DNA of 62,161 nucleotides from positions 1 through 62,161 of the forward strand of contig DAOUPR010000001.1 in assembly GCA_030626065.1 (NCBI GenBank), in the 5' to 3' direction. Below the pieces are notes generated by a model. The model did no database searches. It had not been told where the DNA came from and was given only the letters and a program-made list of their open reading frames with translations. This document shows, piece after piece, positions 10,028-20,548 of the stretch (within the stretch, counting starts at the first letter, position 1; every line of letters begins with the position of its first letter). A program made the position numbers and the translations under genes. This stretch comes from Clostridium sp. (GTDB lineage: Bacteria > Bacillota > Clostridia > Clostridiales > Clostridiaceae).

Positions 10028-11779
10028 TTGATTTATTCCATAACTATCCATCTTGTAATATAACGTAGCTCTAGGTATATTCAACAGCTCTGCTGCCTTT
10101 GCTTTATTGCCTTTTGCCTCACTCAATGCTTTTCTTATAAGGTTTATTTCAAATTCTTTAATAGATTTCTTTAAATCTAAATCTCCATCATCATTCACAA
10201 CTTTTTTATCAATATCTTTTAACATATAGTCAGGAAATAAATCTAAAGTAATGTAATCATTCTTGCATAACACTATTAAATTCTCCATTGTATTTTTTAA
10301 TTCTCTTATATTTCCTTTCCAGCGATAATTTTGTATGACTCTCATAGCTTCTTTATCTACTTCCGGAATCTTTTTATTATTTTTTTTTGCCAATTCATTT
10401 AAAAATGCATTAACAAGCAGGGGAATATCACTTTTTCTTTTCCTTAGTGGTGGTAAATTTATTCCAACTACATTAATGCGATAGAATAGATCCTCTCTAA
10501 ACTCACCTTTTTCAACCATTTCACTCAACTTCCTATTTGTAGCGGAAATAACTCTTGTATCAACAGGAATGTACTTTTCTCCTCCAACCCTCATAATTTG
10601 CTTCTCTTGAAGCACTCTGAGAAGCTTTGCTTGCATAAAAAGAGGTAAATCTCCAATTTCGTCTAAGAAAATAGTTCCACCTTTGGCCATTTCGAATAAA
10701 CCTATTCTGCCTTTTTTATTTGCACCTGTAAACGCCCCCTGTTCATATCCAAAAAACTCACTTTCAAATAATCCATCTGGAATAGCGCTACAGTTTACTG
10801 GAATAAAAAGCCCCTTTGCTTCACTATAATCATGAATAGCTCTTGAAAAAACTTCTTTTCCTGTTCCACTTTCTCCAGTTATAAGTATGGTTGCTTTAGT
10901 TCTAGATACTTGTCTTGCGGTTTCTATTGTTTTTGCTATTTTCTCGCTATTTCCAATAACATTCCCAAAGTGGTCATTAGAATACCTCTTAACTTCTCCC
11001 TCTAGGAACCTTAAAGTTTCATTTGCCATCTGTAACTGACTAGATAATTTCTTGACTTTAGAAATATCTCTATCTGTGCTTACAGCACCTGAAAATTTCC
11101 CATCTATCCAAATAGGTGAAGCATTTATCACCATATGATAACCTCGCTTTGGTTCATGATTAGCATTTTCATAACTTCCCTTAGTTTCAAGCACCTTAAG
11201 TACCAACGCATTTGGAAAAATATCTTTTATATGTTTACCTAAAATCTCTTCTTTACTAACTCCATATAGTTTCTCTGACCTTTTATTCCAAAGCAAAACC
11301 GTACCTTCTGCATTTACTACGCAAAGTGCTTCATGCACAAAATTAAGAATATGATCAAGTTTTATACTTGAGTTTTCTATTGTTTTATATAGATATGCCA
11401 ATATTTCATCTTTTCTAATAACTCCAATTAATTTACCTGCTTCAATAACCGGCAGTCTTCCAATCTTATTGTCAATCATTATATCTCTGCATTCTAATAA
11501 GGAAGTCTCAGAATTAACACTTTTCACACTTGATACCCTACAATTCTTCAAAGATAAATTTCCGACTTCTTTTCTATCTTTCATTCTTGATATATCCAGA
11601 TAAGTTAATACGCCTATTATATTTCTAGCCTTATCTGATACAAAGACATCTCCCAAATTATTCTTAACCATAACTTGAATAGCTTCACTCAATTCACTAT
11701 CTTGATTCATAACAATGAATTTTTTTGACATAACTTCTTTTGTTAAAATATCTTTTGAATATAAAAACATACTACTCAC
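10019..11779 (-). CDS. prdR: Sigma-54-dependent activator (CBS-CBS-PAS-AAA+-HTH)
   Basis: GESGTGKE, GAFTGA, Fis-type HTH; upstream of the prd operon with a sigma-54 promoter. Confidence 0.92.
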   Translation of the reverse strand: MSSMFLYSKDILTKEVMSKKFIVMNQDSELSEAIQVMVKNNLGDVFVSDKARNIIGVLTYLDISRMKDRKEVGNLSLKNCRVSSVKSVNSETSLLECRDIMIDNKIGRLPVIEAGKLIGVIRKDEILAYLYKTIENSSIKLDHILNFVHEALCVVNAEGTVLLWNKRSEKLYGVSKEEILGKHIKDIFPNALVLKVLETKGSYENANHEPKRGYHMVINASPIWIDGKFSGAVSTDRDISKVKKLSSQLQMANETLRFLEGEVKRYSNDHFGNVIGNSEKIAKTIETARQVSRTKATILITGESGTGKEVFSRAIHDYSEAKGLFIPVNCSAIPDGLFESEFFGYEQGAFTGANKKGRIGLFEMAKGGTIFLDEIGDLPLFMQAKLLRVLQEKQIMRVGGEKYIPVDTRVISATNRKLSEMVEKGEFREDLFYRINVVGINLPPLRKRKSDIPLLVNAFLNELAKKNNKKIPEVDKEAMRVIQNYRWKGNIRELKNTMENLIVLCKNDYITLDLFPDYMLKDIDKKVVNDDGDLDLKKSIKEFEINLIRKALSEAKGNKAKAAELLNIPRATLYYKMDSYGINQRQ

Positions 11780-11804
11780 CTCTATATGTTTTTTGTTAAA
11801 AAAA

Positions 11805-11842
11805 ATGCTTTGATAAGATAAAAATTATCTGATCAAAGCGTT
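11805..11842 (-). terminator. Terminator after tRNA-Sec
   Basis: GCTTTGAT..AGATA/TATCT..ATCAAAGC hairpin with T run on minus strand. Confidence 0.6.
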
Positions 11843-11854
11843 ATGTCTTCTAAT

Positions 11855-11951
11855 TGGCGGGAATATGTGGGAATCGAACCCACCCAGGACGCTCTTAACG
11901 CCCCAACACAGTTTTGAAGACTGGCAGGCACACCAGCACCTATCTACTCCC
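11855..11951 (-). tRNA. selC: tRNA-Sec (anticodon UCA), 97 nt
   Basis: GGGAGTAG...CAGTCTTCAAAACTG...long variable arm...GGTTCGATTCC...ATATTCCCGCCA; follows selB. Confidence 0.97.
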
Positions 11952-11965
11952 CTATAGCACTAACA

Positions 11966-11994
11966 ATTCTATAATAATATTTAAGTCTTGTCAA
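11966..11994 (-). promoter_or_regulatory. Sigma-A promoter for selC
   Basis: TTGACA-N17-TAGAAT on minus strand. Confidence 0.75.
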
Positions 11995-12007
11995 TATAAA
12001 AGTGGAA

Positions 12008-13915
12008 TTATGTCAATTTCCGTTCATTCCCATCTCTTTTCGTCACTTTCACTTCATCTAAATGCTCAAGAAGAGCCATTGCATATTGCCTAGAAGTACT
12101 TAATTCTTCTCTTACCTCTGCTAGAGTAATCTTTCCATTTTTTTCGATATAATTAATAATTTTTTCTTTACCTAAATTATAATTATCCTTTGATAAAGAA
12201 ATTTCTTGAGATATCTTTATTAATTCCCCATTTTTATGTAATAAGTCATTAACTTTTTTATACTCTTCTATATTTTCCTTACCTTCTGTTATTGCTTTAA
12301 ATTTTGGCGGTGAAAATTCACCTTCATTAATTTTGGTGAAAAGTTCATTTTTTATATCTTTTTGCTCTGGATTTAATTTAATTTCAAATCCTATTTTAGC
12401 TATATAATTTCCTCTGATTTCCAACATTTTTTTACTATCTAATAAAGCCAAAACTTCTTTATATAGTTTATTTTTTAAAGCTTTTGAAAACACTTTAGTT
12501 TTGAATTCTTCTTTTGATATACCTACTTCAAGAGGCTTTTTACTGTGATAATCTTCTAAGATATTATTTATATCATCTTCTATTCCTCTGATATATTTTC
12601 TGTGTATATAATTCTTTTTACCACCTTGCTCTAATATATAAATCCTAGATTTATTTTGCAATTCACTAAGAACCTCTTCTAGATTCTCGATGTTTCTTCC
12701 AAATTTTTTAATAATTTCATCTTTATTTGGAAAATCAGAACTTAAATTATCTACTATATGTTCAATAACATCTTCTATGCTTCCCTCTGCTTTTGTTTTT
12801 AAATTACTAATATATGTTTCATTAAATCTCTTAGCTTTTTTCGCAATAGGCTCAATTATAGTTCCTCCACCAATAGTATAAACTGGTGAATAGTTTCTTA
12901 TAATAAATTTATCTCCCTTTTGTAGCGAAGTCATTTTTTCTAGTCTAATTTGAACAAAAGCTGATTCTCCTGGTTTTAATTCTTCTCTGTCTAACATAAT
13001 AACTCTACCCATTATTTCAGAGGTTCCTGAATAAAATCTAATTCTTTGTCTATTTTTTAAAGCTGTTTTTACACTTTTTAAATATATTAATTTTGAGTCT
13101 ATCATAAATGATGATTCTAGAGCATCCGTTATAGATACTACATCACCTCTATGAATGTCTTCTTTCTTTACATTCATTAAATTGATTGCACAGCGTTGGC
13201 CTGCTTCTCCTACTTCTTCAGCCTTGCCATGTATTTGTATACCTCTAACCTTTGTTTTTATACCACTTGGATAAATCATTAATTCATCATTGATTTTGAT
13301 ACTACCACTTAAAACAGTACCTGTTACTACCGTTCCAAATCCAGCTACAGAAAAAATTCTATCTACTGGTAATCTAAAATGACCTTCTCTATCCCTTTCC
13401 TCTGCTTGGTCTACTTTTTCATCTAAAACATTAATTAACTCTTCCATTCCTTCATTTGTTTTTGATGAAACAGAAATAATAGGAGCATCACTTAAAAAGG
13501 TATCTTTAACAGCCTCTGAAACATCACTTTCAATCATAGAAAGCCATTCATCATCAACTAAGTCTTTTTTAGTAATTACTATAATACCTTTTTTTACTCC
13601 TAAAAGCTGAAGTATTTCCAAGTGTTCTTTTGTCTGAGGCATTATTCCCTCATCTGCTGCTACCACCAAAGCTACAACATCTATACCCATAGCACCTGCA
13701 AGCATATTTTTTATAAACTTCTCATGACCTGGTACATCAATTACTCCAGCTCTCTTCCCTGAAGGAAGGTCAAAAAAAGTGAATCCTAAGTTTATTGATA
13801 TTCCTCTTTTTCTCTCTTCTTCTAAAGTATCAGTTTCTCTTCCTGTCAAAGCTTTTATAAGTTGTGTTTTACCATGATCAATATGTCCAGCTGTTCCTAT
13901 AATTATATGCTTCAT
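12008..13915 (-). CDS. selB: Selenocysteine-specific elongation factor
   Basis: [20 protein letters not shown]-terminal winged helices ([13 protein letters not shown]). Confidence 0.97.
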   Translation of the reverse strand: MKHIIIGTAGHIDHGKTQLIKALTGRETDTLEEERKRGISINLGFTFFDLPSGKRAGVIDVPGHEKFIKNMLAGAMGIDVVALVVAADEGIMPQTKEHLEILQLLGVKKGIIVITKKDLVDDEWLSMIESDVSEAVKDTFLSDAPIISVSSKTNEGMEELINVLDEKVDQAEERDREGHFRLPVDRIFSVAGFGTVVTGTVLSGSIKINDELMIYPSGIKTKVRGIQIHGKAEEVGEAGQRCAINLMNVKKEDIHRGDVVSITDALESSFMIDSKLIYLKSVKTALKNRQRIRFYSGTSEIMGRVIMLDREELKPGESAFVQIRLEKMTSLQKGDKFIIRNYSPVYTIGGGTIIEPIAKKAKRFNETYISNLKTKAEGSIEDVIEHIVDNLSSDFPNKDEIIKKFGRNIENLEEVLSELQNKSRIYILEQGGKKNYIHRKYIRGIEDDINNILEDYHSKKPLEVGISKEEFKTKVFSKALKNKLYKEVLALLDSKKMLEIRGNYIAKIGFEIKLNPEQKDIKNELFTKINEGEFSPPKFKAITEGKENIEEYKKVNDLLHKNGELIKISQEISLSKDNYNLGKEKIINYIEKNGKITLAEVREELSTSRQYAMALLEHLDEVKVTKRDGNERKLT

Positions 13916-15324
13916 ATTTCTAACTCTCTTTCTTCTATTAGTTTAAAGGCATTAATTATCGTATCAAAATCTTCATCTTTAATAGTTCTTAAGTCCATAA
14001 TAAATTCATCATTATTTACTCTTCCGATTATCGGCACATCATTTTCTCTCATAAGTTTTTCAAGTTTAGCAGTAGAAATGTTATCCGACTTAACTTTCAC
14101 AACATAAGATTCAATATCCTCGGTAGGAAGTGAACCCCCTCCAACTTTCGAATAGCCACTATCTACCCTAAAACTATATATACTCAATTTATTTCTTAAT
14201 CTTCTTGTAAGCCTTTGAGCTCTTTTTTTATGAATTTCTTTATCTGATAACATCATATATAAAGTAGGAATTTTTTCTATAGCTTCTTTTTCTGATAAAT
14301 ATAATCTTAAAGTAGACTCTATTGCTGCAATAGTCATTTTCCCTACCCTAAGTGCTCTAGTCAATTGGTTTTTCTTTATCTTATCAATATACTTCTTCTT
14401 TCCTACTATAATACCCGCTTGAGGTCCCCCAAACATTTTATCTCCACTGAAGGTAATTATATCAATATTCTTATTTATACTTTCTTGAACTGTTGGTTCA
14501 TATATAAAACCATATTTTCTGAAATCTATAAGTACTCCACTTCCTAAATCTTCGACAACAGGAATATCATGTTTTTCTCCAAGTTTCTGTAATATTTCCC
14601 CATCGACCTCATCTGTAAATCCCAGTATTTTATAATTTGAAGTATGGATTTTCATTAAAACTCCGGTGTTTTCATTGATATTATCCTCATAATCATATAA
14701 GTGGGTTTTATTTGTCGTTCCCACTTCTACTAATTTAGCTCCACTAAACTCCATAACATCTGGAACTCTAAAGGAGCCACCTATCTCAACCAGTTGTCCT
14801 CTTGAAACAATTGCCTCTTTACCTTTGCATAAAGTACTCAACACCAGCATTACCGCCGCTGCATTATTATTTACCACAACAGCCGCTTCTGCTCCAGTTA
14901 TTTTTGTTATTAAATATTCAAGATGTGAATACCTACTGCCTCTCTTACCTTCATCAACATCATACTCTAGATTGTTATAGTTCTTGATGACACTCATGAC
15001 ATTTTCAGCAGCTTCCTCATTCAATAAAGATCTACCTAAATTCGTATGAACTATTATTCCTGATGCATTAATTACTTTTTTTAAATGATTTTCAGATTTT
15101 GTTTTTATCCGCCTCTCAAAATCCTTAAGTATTTCTCCTACATCAAGTTTATCTATTTTTGCACTTAGTATTTTTTCTCTGCATTTATCAATAGCTTCTC
15201 TTAATGCTTCTATAACTAATTCTCTATTTGCACTTTCCAAATATTTCATTACAATTTCTTCTTTTAATAAGGTATCAATTTTAGGAAGGTTCCTTAAAAG
15301 TTCTTTTTTCATTTCATCACCCAT
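13912..15324 (-). CDS. selA: L-seryl-tRNA(Sec) selenium transferase
   Basis: [32 protein letters not shown] (PLP lysine); start may be ATG at 15312. Confidence 0.97.
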   Translation of the reverse strand: MGDEMKKELLRNLPKIDTLLKEEIVMKYLESANRELVIEALREAIDKCREKILSAKIDKLDVGEILKDFERRIKTKSENHLKKVINASGIIVHTNLGRSLLNEEAAENVMSVIKNYNNLEYDVDEGKRGSRYSHLEYLITKITGAEAAVVVNNNAAAVMLVLSTLCKGKEAIVSRGQLVEIGGSFRVPDVMEFSGAKLVEVGTTNKTHLYDYEDNINENTGVLMKIHTSNYKILGFTDEVDGEILQKLGEKHDIPVVEDLGSGVLIDFRKYGFIYEPTVQESINKNIDIITFSGDKMFGGPQAGIIVGKKKYIDKIKKNQLTRALRVGKMTIAAIESTLRLYLSEKEAIEKIPTLYMMLSDKEIHKKRAQRLTRRLRNKLSIYSFRVDSGYSKVGGGSLPTEDIESYVVKVKSDNISTAKLEKLMRENDVPIIGRVNNDEFIMDLRTIKDEDFDTIINAFKLIEERELEI

Positions 15325-16371
15325 CTACGAAATTATTATTGAATATTCTTTTTCAGACTTAAATTCTCCAATTATGCTTGATTTTAAACTTAATTCATTT
15401 AATTCACTTAACATTTTTTCTGCTTCATCTTTTTCTGCTGCTATTAATAATCCACCTGATGTTTGAGGGTCAAATATAATATCTACCATCCAAGGCTCTA
15501 CATCTACTAATTTATATTTTTCTTTTATATATTTTCTATTATTATAGCTTCCACCAGGTACAAGTCCCATTTCAGCATATTCTTTTGCTTCTTTTATATA
15601 ATGAATCTTATTTTTATCAATATGCAAAGTTAAATTAGAAGCTGATGCCATCTCATACCCATGACCCATAAGTCCAAAACCTGTAATATCTGTGCATGTA
15701 TGAGTGTCATACTTCATCATTATTTCTGCAGCATACTTATTAAGAGTTGTCATAACTTCAACTGATTTATTATATCCTTCTTCTGATGCCAATCCAGCCT
15801 TAATTGCAGTATTAACTATACCTGTACCTAAAGGTTTAGTTAATATGATAACATCCCCTTCTTTTGCACCATAGTTTTTCATTATTTTATCTGGATGAAC
15901 CATACCTGTTACAGACAATCCATACTTAGGTTCATCATCCTCAACAGAATGACCTCCAACAACTACTGCCCCTGCTTCAATGACTTTGTCTGCTCCACCT
16001 TTTAAGATTTGACCTAGAACATCTATTGGTAAGCAGTTTGGAAATCCTACGATATTTAATGCAACTGTTGGTTTTCCTCCCATAGCATAAACATCACTTA
16101 AAGCGTTTGCAGCTGCTACCTGACCAAACACATAAGGATCATCAACTACCGGTGTGAAAAAATCTAATGTCTGAATTATTGCCATTTCATCATTCAATTT
16201 ATATACAGCAGCATCATCACTTGTTTCAATACCCACCAATAAATTCTTATCTTCCATTTTAGGAAGTTTACTTAAAATCTCCGAAAGAGCCCCCGGCCCT
16301 ATTTTAGCCGCTCAGCCAGCCTTTTTTGTCATTTGTGTTAATTTTAAATCTTTTGTTACATCTATATTCAT
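15325..16371 (-). CDS. selD: Selenide, water dikinase, selenoprotein (348 aa, Sec at UGA 16312-16314)
   Basis: True start ATG 16371 with RBS AGGAGG: MNIDVTKDLKLTQMTKKAG-U-AAKIGPGAL, in frame with ORF 15325..16257; hairpin AGGGCC-GGG-GGCTCT after the UGA. Confidence 0.97.
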
Positions 16372-16392
16372 AAAAATACCTCCTATTTATTA

Positions 16393-16533
16393 AGTGTGCA
16401 GAGTGCAATTAAGGATGATTTTGCTGCGCAAAATCTACAATTAGATTAAAAAATTTTAATTGATTAAAGATTTTCTGACCAAAGGGAATAAAATCCTCCT
16501 TAATTGTGCATTGTGCATTGTGCATTGTGCATT
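16393..16533. repeat. Composite palindromic repeat, copy 3 (just upstream of selD)
   Basis: AAGGATGATTTTGCTGCGCAAAATCT-spacer-AGATTTTCTGACCAAAGGGAATAAAATCCTCCTT-(ATTGTGC)4. Confidence 0.9.
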
Positions 16534-16701
16534 AATATTATAAATGCTTTTGTTTTTACTAATTCATTCCCCTATATTCTATACCAACACTACTATAAAG
16601 TCCATAAAGTAAACTATACTCTGTTTGACTTTACCAACATTAATATTTATAGTATTTAATATATTAAGTTTCATTTTAAAATAAATAAAAGAGGTGTATA
16701 A

Positions 16702-17607
16702 ATGGATTTTAAACAACTAACCTCATTCATTGAAATCGTTAATTTAAAAAGCTTTTCAAAAGCGTCCGCAAAACTTTATTTAACCCAACCAACTGTAACA
16801 AATCACATTCAAAAATTAGAAGAAGAATTAGGTGTTACTTTATTAAATAGAACTGGTCGTGAAGTTACACCTACTGAACCTGGCTTTTTATTTTATAATT
16901 ATGCTCAAGAAATGGTTAACCTAAAGGCTTCTGCAACCTACAAATTAAACGCTTATAAATCAAAAATACAAGGAACTATTGAGATTAATTCAAGTAGTAT
17001 CCCAGCTCAATACATTCTTCCTTACATAATCAAAGATTTTAAAGATATTTATCCTGATGTCTTTTTTAAAATTAATCAAACTGATTCAAAAGAAGTTATT
17101 AATTCAATAAAAGAGGGATATAGTAATTTCGGTATTGTCGGTGCTAAATATAATATGAAAAATGTAGAATATAAAGAATTAATGGAAGACCGACTTGTAC
17201 TAGCCTTACCTTCAGCCTATGGAGCTAAATTTTCACCTTTTGACACTATCAATTTAACTACACTTGTAAATATTCCCCTTATTCTACGTGAAGAAGGTTC
17301 TGGTTCTCGTTATATGATTGAAGCAGAACTATTAAAATTAGAAACCTCAATTAAAGATTTAAAAATAGTAACCCAATCTACAAATAATGATACTATAAAG
17401 AAAATGATTGAACTCAATATAGGTGCAAGCTTTATTTCTGAATTGGCTATAAAAAAAGAAATATCGAATGGTACTATTATCCCTGTTGAAGTTTCTGGTA
17501 TGAATCTCAAAAGAAATTTTTATTTTGTTTGTCATAATAAAAGATTTTTATCACCTTTATCAAATACTTTCAAAGACTTTATTCTTAGTCATCATATACC
17601 TGAATAG
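16702..17607 (+). CDS. LysR-family regulator divergent from the sel operon
   Basis: SFSKASAKLYLTQPTVT HTH; LREEGSGSR effector-domain motif. Confidence 0.9.
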   Translation: MDFKQLTSFIEIVNLKSFSKASAKLYLTQPTVTNHIQKLEEELGVTLLNRTGREVTPTEPGFLFYNYAQEMVNLKASATYKLNAYKSKIQGTIEINSSSIPAQYILPYIIKDFKDIYPDVFFKINQTDSKEVINSIKEGYSNFGIVGAKYNMKNVEYKELMEDRLVLALPSAYGAKFSPFDTINLTTLVNIPLILREEGSGSRYMIEAELLKLETSIKDLKIVTQSTNNDTIKKMIELNIGASFISELAIKKEISNGTIIPVEVSGMNLKRNFYFVCHNKRFLSPLSNTFKDFILSHHIPE

Positions 17608-17718
17608 CAACATTGAAGATTAACCTTCAGTATATATGAACAAATTATTCTATTATAATATTTCTAGAAACTATGCTAAAATTATTATATTAAAAGAATT
17701 AAAATTTTAAGAAAAGAT

Positions 17719-18144
17719 GTGATATTTTTGGATATAAAAAAAATAGATAGTAAAAACATTGCGAAAGTCGCAATCAGCATGGCCACCTCTACACGAGAAG
17801 AAGAAAAATCTCTAGAAGCAAAGTACAAAGAAAAAGGAATACTAACAGCAGCTGTTGATGTGGGAGGTAATATTAATCAATCAATTCCTAAAATCCTTGA
17901 AAGATCCTTGGTTGCCTCTAAACGTACACATATTATAAAAGATTGCCACATAGAAGAAGGTGCAGTTATTGGTGCTACCAGGGAAGCTCTTATGCAAGTT
18001 TTAGCTAAAGCTAACGGTCTAAATGTAGGTGGTAAAATTGGTATAGCAAGGTCAGGCGAACATCTTAGTGTATGTATTTTCATGAGTATAGGTTTATTAC
18101 ATTTAAATGAAGTTGTAATTGGTTTAGCCCATAGATCCTTATAG
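17719..18144 (+). CDS. hutP: HutP-family RNA-binding regulator
   Basis: AVDVGG, EGAVIGATREA, GGKIGIARSGEHLSV motifs of clostridial HutP-family proteins. Confidence 0.8.
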   Translation: MIFLDIKKIDSKNIAKVAISMATSTREEEKSLEAKYKEKGILTAAVDVGGNINQSIPKILERSLVASKRTHIIKDCHIEEGAVIGATREALMQVLAKANGLNVGGKIGIARSGEHLSVCIFMSIGLLHLNEVVIGLAHRSL

Positions 18145-18150
18145 AAACAA

Positions 18151-18430
18151 GTGCACAGTTCATATTTCATAGTTCATAGTTCACAGTGCATAATTCACAG
18201 TTCACAGTAATTGATGATTTTCTTCCCGTAGGTCAGAAATTTTTTTATTTAAACGTAGTTACCATTGACAGCTTATAAAAAATAAGCTAGTATATTATTA
18301 AGTTTTACCCGTAGAAAATGAAGAGTACTTAAATAGAGTATCGGTCTTCATTTGTAGATTAAGTAAAAGATTTCCGAAGAAAAAGGAAATCATCCTTCAT
18401 TGTGCATTGTAAATTGTGCATTGTGAATTG
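18151..18430. repeat. Composite palindromic repeat, copy 4, with a long spacer containing a promoter
   Basis: Left arm (AGTTCAC/AGTGCAC-like)n-TTGATGATTTTCTTCCCGTAGGTCAGAAAT (18151-18241); right arm AGATTTCCGAAGAAAAAGGAAATCATCCTT-(ATTGTGC)n (18368-18430). Confidence 0.8.
18265..18293 (+). promoter_or_regulatory. Sigma-A promoter for the ABC transporter leader
   Basis: TTGACA-N17-TAGTAT. Confidence 0.65.
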
Positions 18431-18439
18431 AATTAAATT

Positions 18440-18543
18440 GTAGGATAGTAGGACGGTAGTAAATATTGGTTATAACAGTATTGTTTTTTAATACTGCTTA
18501 TTAATGATATCTAAACTCTCCTATTGGGAGAGTTTTTTATTTT
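18440..18543 (+). promoter_or_regulatory. Candidate attenuator: UAG-repeat tract, inner hairpin and intrinsic terminator
   Basis: GTAGGATAGTAGGACGGTAG (18440-18459); CAGTATTG/TAATACTG hairpin; terminator AAACTCTCC-TATTG-GGAGAGTTTTTT (18513-18538). Confidence 0.65.
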
Positions 18544-18578
18544 TAAAAATTATAATAATTTTATTGGAGGATGGTAGT

Positions 18579-19595
18579 ATGGTAGGAAAGAAAATTTTAG
18601 GGTTAGTAACAAGTGCTTTACTTATAACAAGTTTGGTTGGTTGCGGTAACAGTAATACTATAGGTTCAAATTCAGAAGAAGGTGAAAATACTAAATTCAC
18701 CAAAATAGGTATAACTCAAATCGTTGAACATCCAGCATTAGACTCATCTAGAGAAGGATTCTTAGCTGCACTTAAGGACAATGGCTATGAAGAAGACAAA
18801 AATATTAAAGTTGATTTTCAAAACGCTCAAGGAGACATGCCTACAACTCAGACTATAGCACAAAAATTTGTAGATGATAAAGTTGATATGATTTTTGCAA
18901 TTTCAACTCCCTCTGCACAAGCTGCTTACAATGCTACAAAGGAAATTCCAATTTTAATAACAGCAGTAACAGACCCTGTTGCAGCAGAACTTGTAGCCTC
19001 ACTAGACTCACCTAAAACTAATGTTACAGGAACTTCAGATGCAACACCAATAGACAAGCAATTACAATTCATAGTTGATGAATTACCTAACGTGAAAAAG
19101 GTTGGTATTATGTACAATACCAGCGAAAGCAATTCAGAAATTCAAGTAAACCAAGCTAAAGAAGCTGCTTCCAAATTAGATTTAGAGATTGTAACACAAG
19201 GAGTAACTAGTGTTAATGATATTCCTCAAACTTTAAATTCTATGATAGATAATATAGATGCTATATATATCCCTACTGATAATATGATAGCTTCATCAAT
19301 GCCTATAATCACAAGTACTTGCTTTGATAAAAACATTCCAGTTATCGCTTCTGAATCAGGTCAAGTAGATTCTGGTGCAATTGTTGCAGTAGGTATTGAT
19401 TACTACCAATTAGGTTATGAGACAGGTTTAAAAGCTGTTGAAGTTATAGAAGGAAAAGCTACAAAAGATATCCCTGTTACTTTCCAAGAAGAAACTTCGG
19501 TTACTGTAAATCAAGATGCTTTAGATAAATTAGAAATAACTTTATCCGAAAATATTATGTCAAAAGCAGAAGTAATTACAGGAGGCGTTAACTAG
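18579..19595 (+). CDS. ABC transporter substrate-binding lipoprotein (TrpX/aromatic amino-acid-binding family)
   Basis: RBS GGAGG then ATG 18579; lipobox LVGC; QIVEHPALD, AVTDPVAA, PTDN motifs. Confidence 0.85.
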   Translation: MVGKKILGLVTSALLITSLVGCGNSNTIGSNSEEGENTKFTKIGITQIVEHPALDSSREGFLAALKDNGYEEDKNIKVDFQNAQGDMPTTQTIAQKFVDDKVDMIFAISTPSAQAAYNATKEIPILITAVTDPVAAELVASLDSPKTNVTGTSDATPIDKQLQFIVDELPNVKKVGIMYNTSESNSEIQVNQAKEAASKLDLEIVTQGVTSVNDIPQTLNSMIDNIDAIYIPTDNMIASSMPIITSTCFDKNIPVIASESGQVDSGAIVAVGIDYYQLGYETGLKAVEVIEGKATKDIPVTFQEETSVTVNQDALDKLEITLSENIMSKAEVITGGVN

Positions 19596-20548
19596 TGACT
19601 TCATTCATCATAAGCACATTAGAGCAAGGATTTATTTTTGCTATCGTTGCATTAGGTGTTTACATCACTTACAAGATCTTAGATTTTCCTGATCTTTCAG
19701 TGGATGCAACCTTTCCTTTGGGAGCGTCGATTACAGCTTTATGCTTAACCAATGGAATAAATCCTTTAATAGCATGTATATTAGCATTCCTTGCTGGAAT
19801 GATTGCAGGTTCAATAACTGGCTTCTTACATGTAAAGCTAAAAATAACAAACTTATTATCTGGTATTTTAGTTATGATAGGCTTATACTCAATTAATTTA
19901 AGAATAATGGGTAAATCAAGTATCCCTCTATTTAACGTAAAGACAGTATTTAATATTAATTTAGATAAAGTTATTATAATTGGTATCATTGCAGCCTTAG
20001 TAAAAATACTTTTAGATTTGTTTCTTAAGACAAAACTTGGCTTCTTACTTAAAGCTGTTGGAGATAATGAACAATTAGTTACTTCACTTGGGGTAAATAA
20101 AAATAGGATTAAAGTTATTGGATTAATGGTTTCAAACGGATTAGTAGCTTTAGCTGGATCAATTATGGCTCAATCCCAAGGTTTTTCTGATGTCGGTATG
20201 GGCGCGGGAACAGTAGTCATAGGTCTTGCTGCAGTAATACTTGGAGAGTCAGTATTAAAGAAAGTTAAATTTATCAAAGGAACAACCATGGCACTCACAG
20301 GTGCAATATTATATAAATTTGCTATAAGTTTAGCCTTAAGAGCCGGTCTACAACCAAATGATTTGAAGCTTGTAACTGCCTTAATCGTTGTTGTAATATT
20401 ATCTACTAATAACTTAGAAAGCAAACAATTCATCAAGAAGATACACTGTTTATTAGAAAAACTATTTAATAGAAAACCCAAAAAAGCTGTATCTAACAAA
20501 GGTGGTGATAGAATTGCTTCAAATACAAAATCTACACAAAGTATTTAA
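19595..20548 (+). CDS. ABC transporter permease
   Basis: ILDFPDLSVD, LLSGILVMIGLYSINLRIMG; hydrophobic. Confidence 0.88.
   Translation: MTSFIISTLEQGFIFAIVALGVYITYKILDFPDLSVDATFPLGASITALCLTNGINPLIACILAFLAGMIAGSITGFLHVKLKITNLLSGILVMIGLYSINLRIMGKSSIPLFNVKTVFNINLDKVIIIGIIAALVKILLDLFLKTKLGFLLKAVGDNEQLVTSLGVNKNRIKVIGLMVSNGLVALAGSIMAQSQGFSDVGMGAGTVVIGLAAVILGESVLKKVKFIKGTTMALTGAILYKFAISLALRAGLQPNDLKLVTALIVVVILSTNNLESKQFIKKIHCLLEKLFNRKPKKAVSNKGGDRIASNTKSTQSI

Noticed and set aside
5280-16371. prdB, prdC and selD as nonsense-mutated pseudogenes
   Set aside because: The stops are UGA at catalytic Cys-equivalent positions, each with a downstream hairpin, and the Sec machinery is intact and adjacent
18300-18545. 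T-box riboswitch in the ABC transporter leader
   Set aside because: No GGTGGNACC T-box motif and no recognisable full stem I
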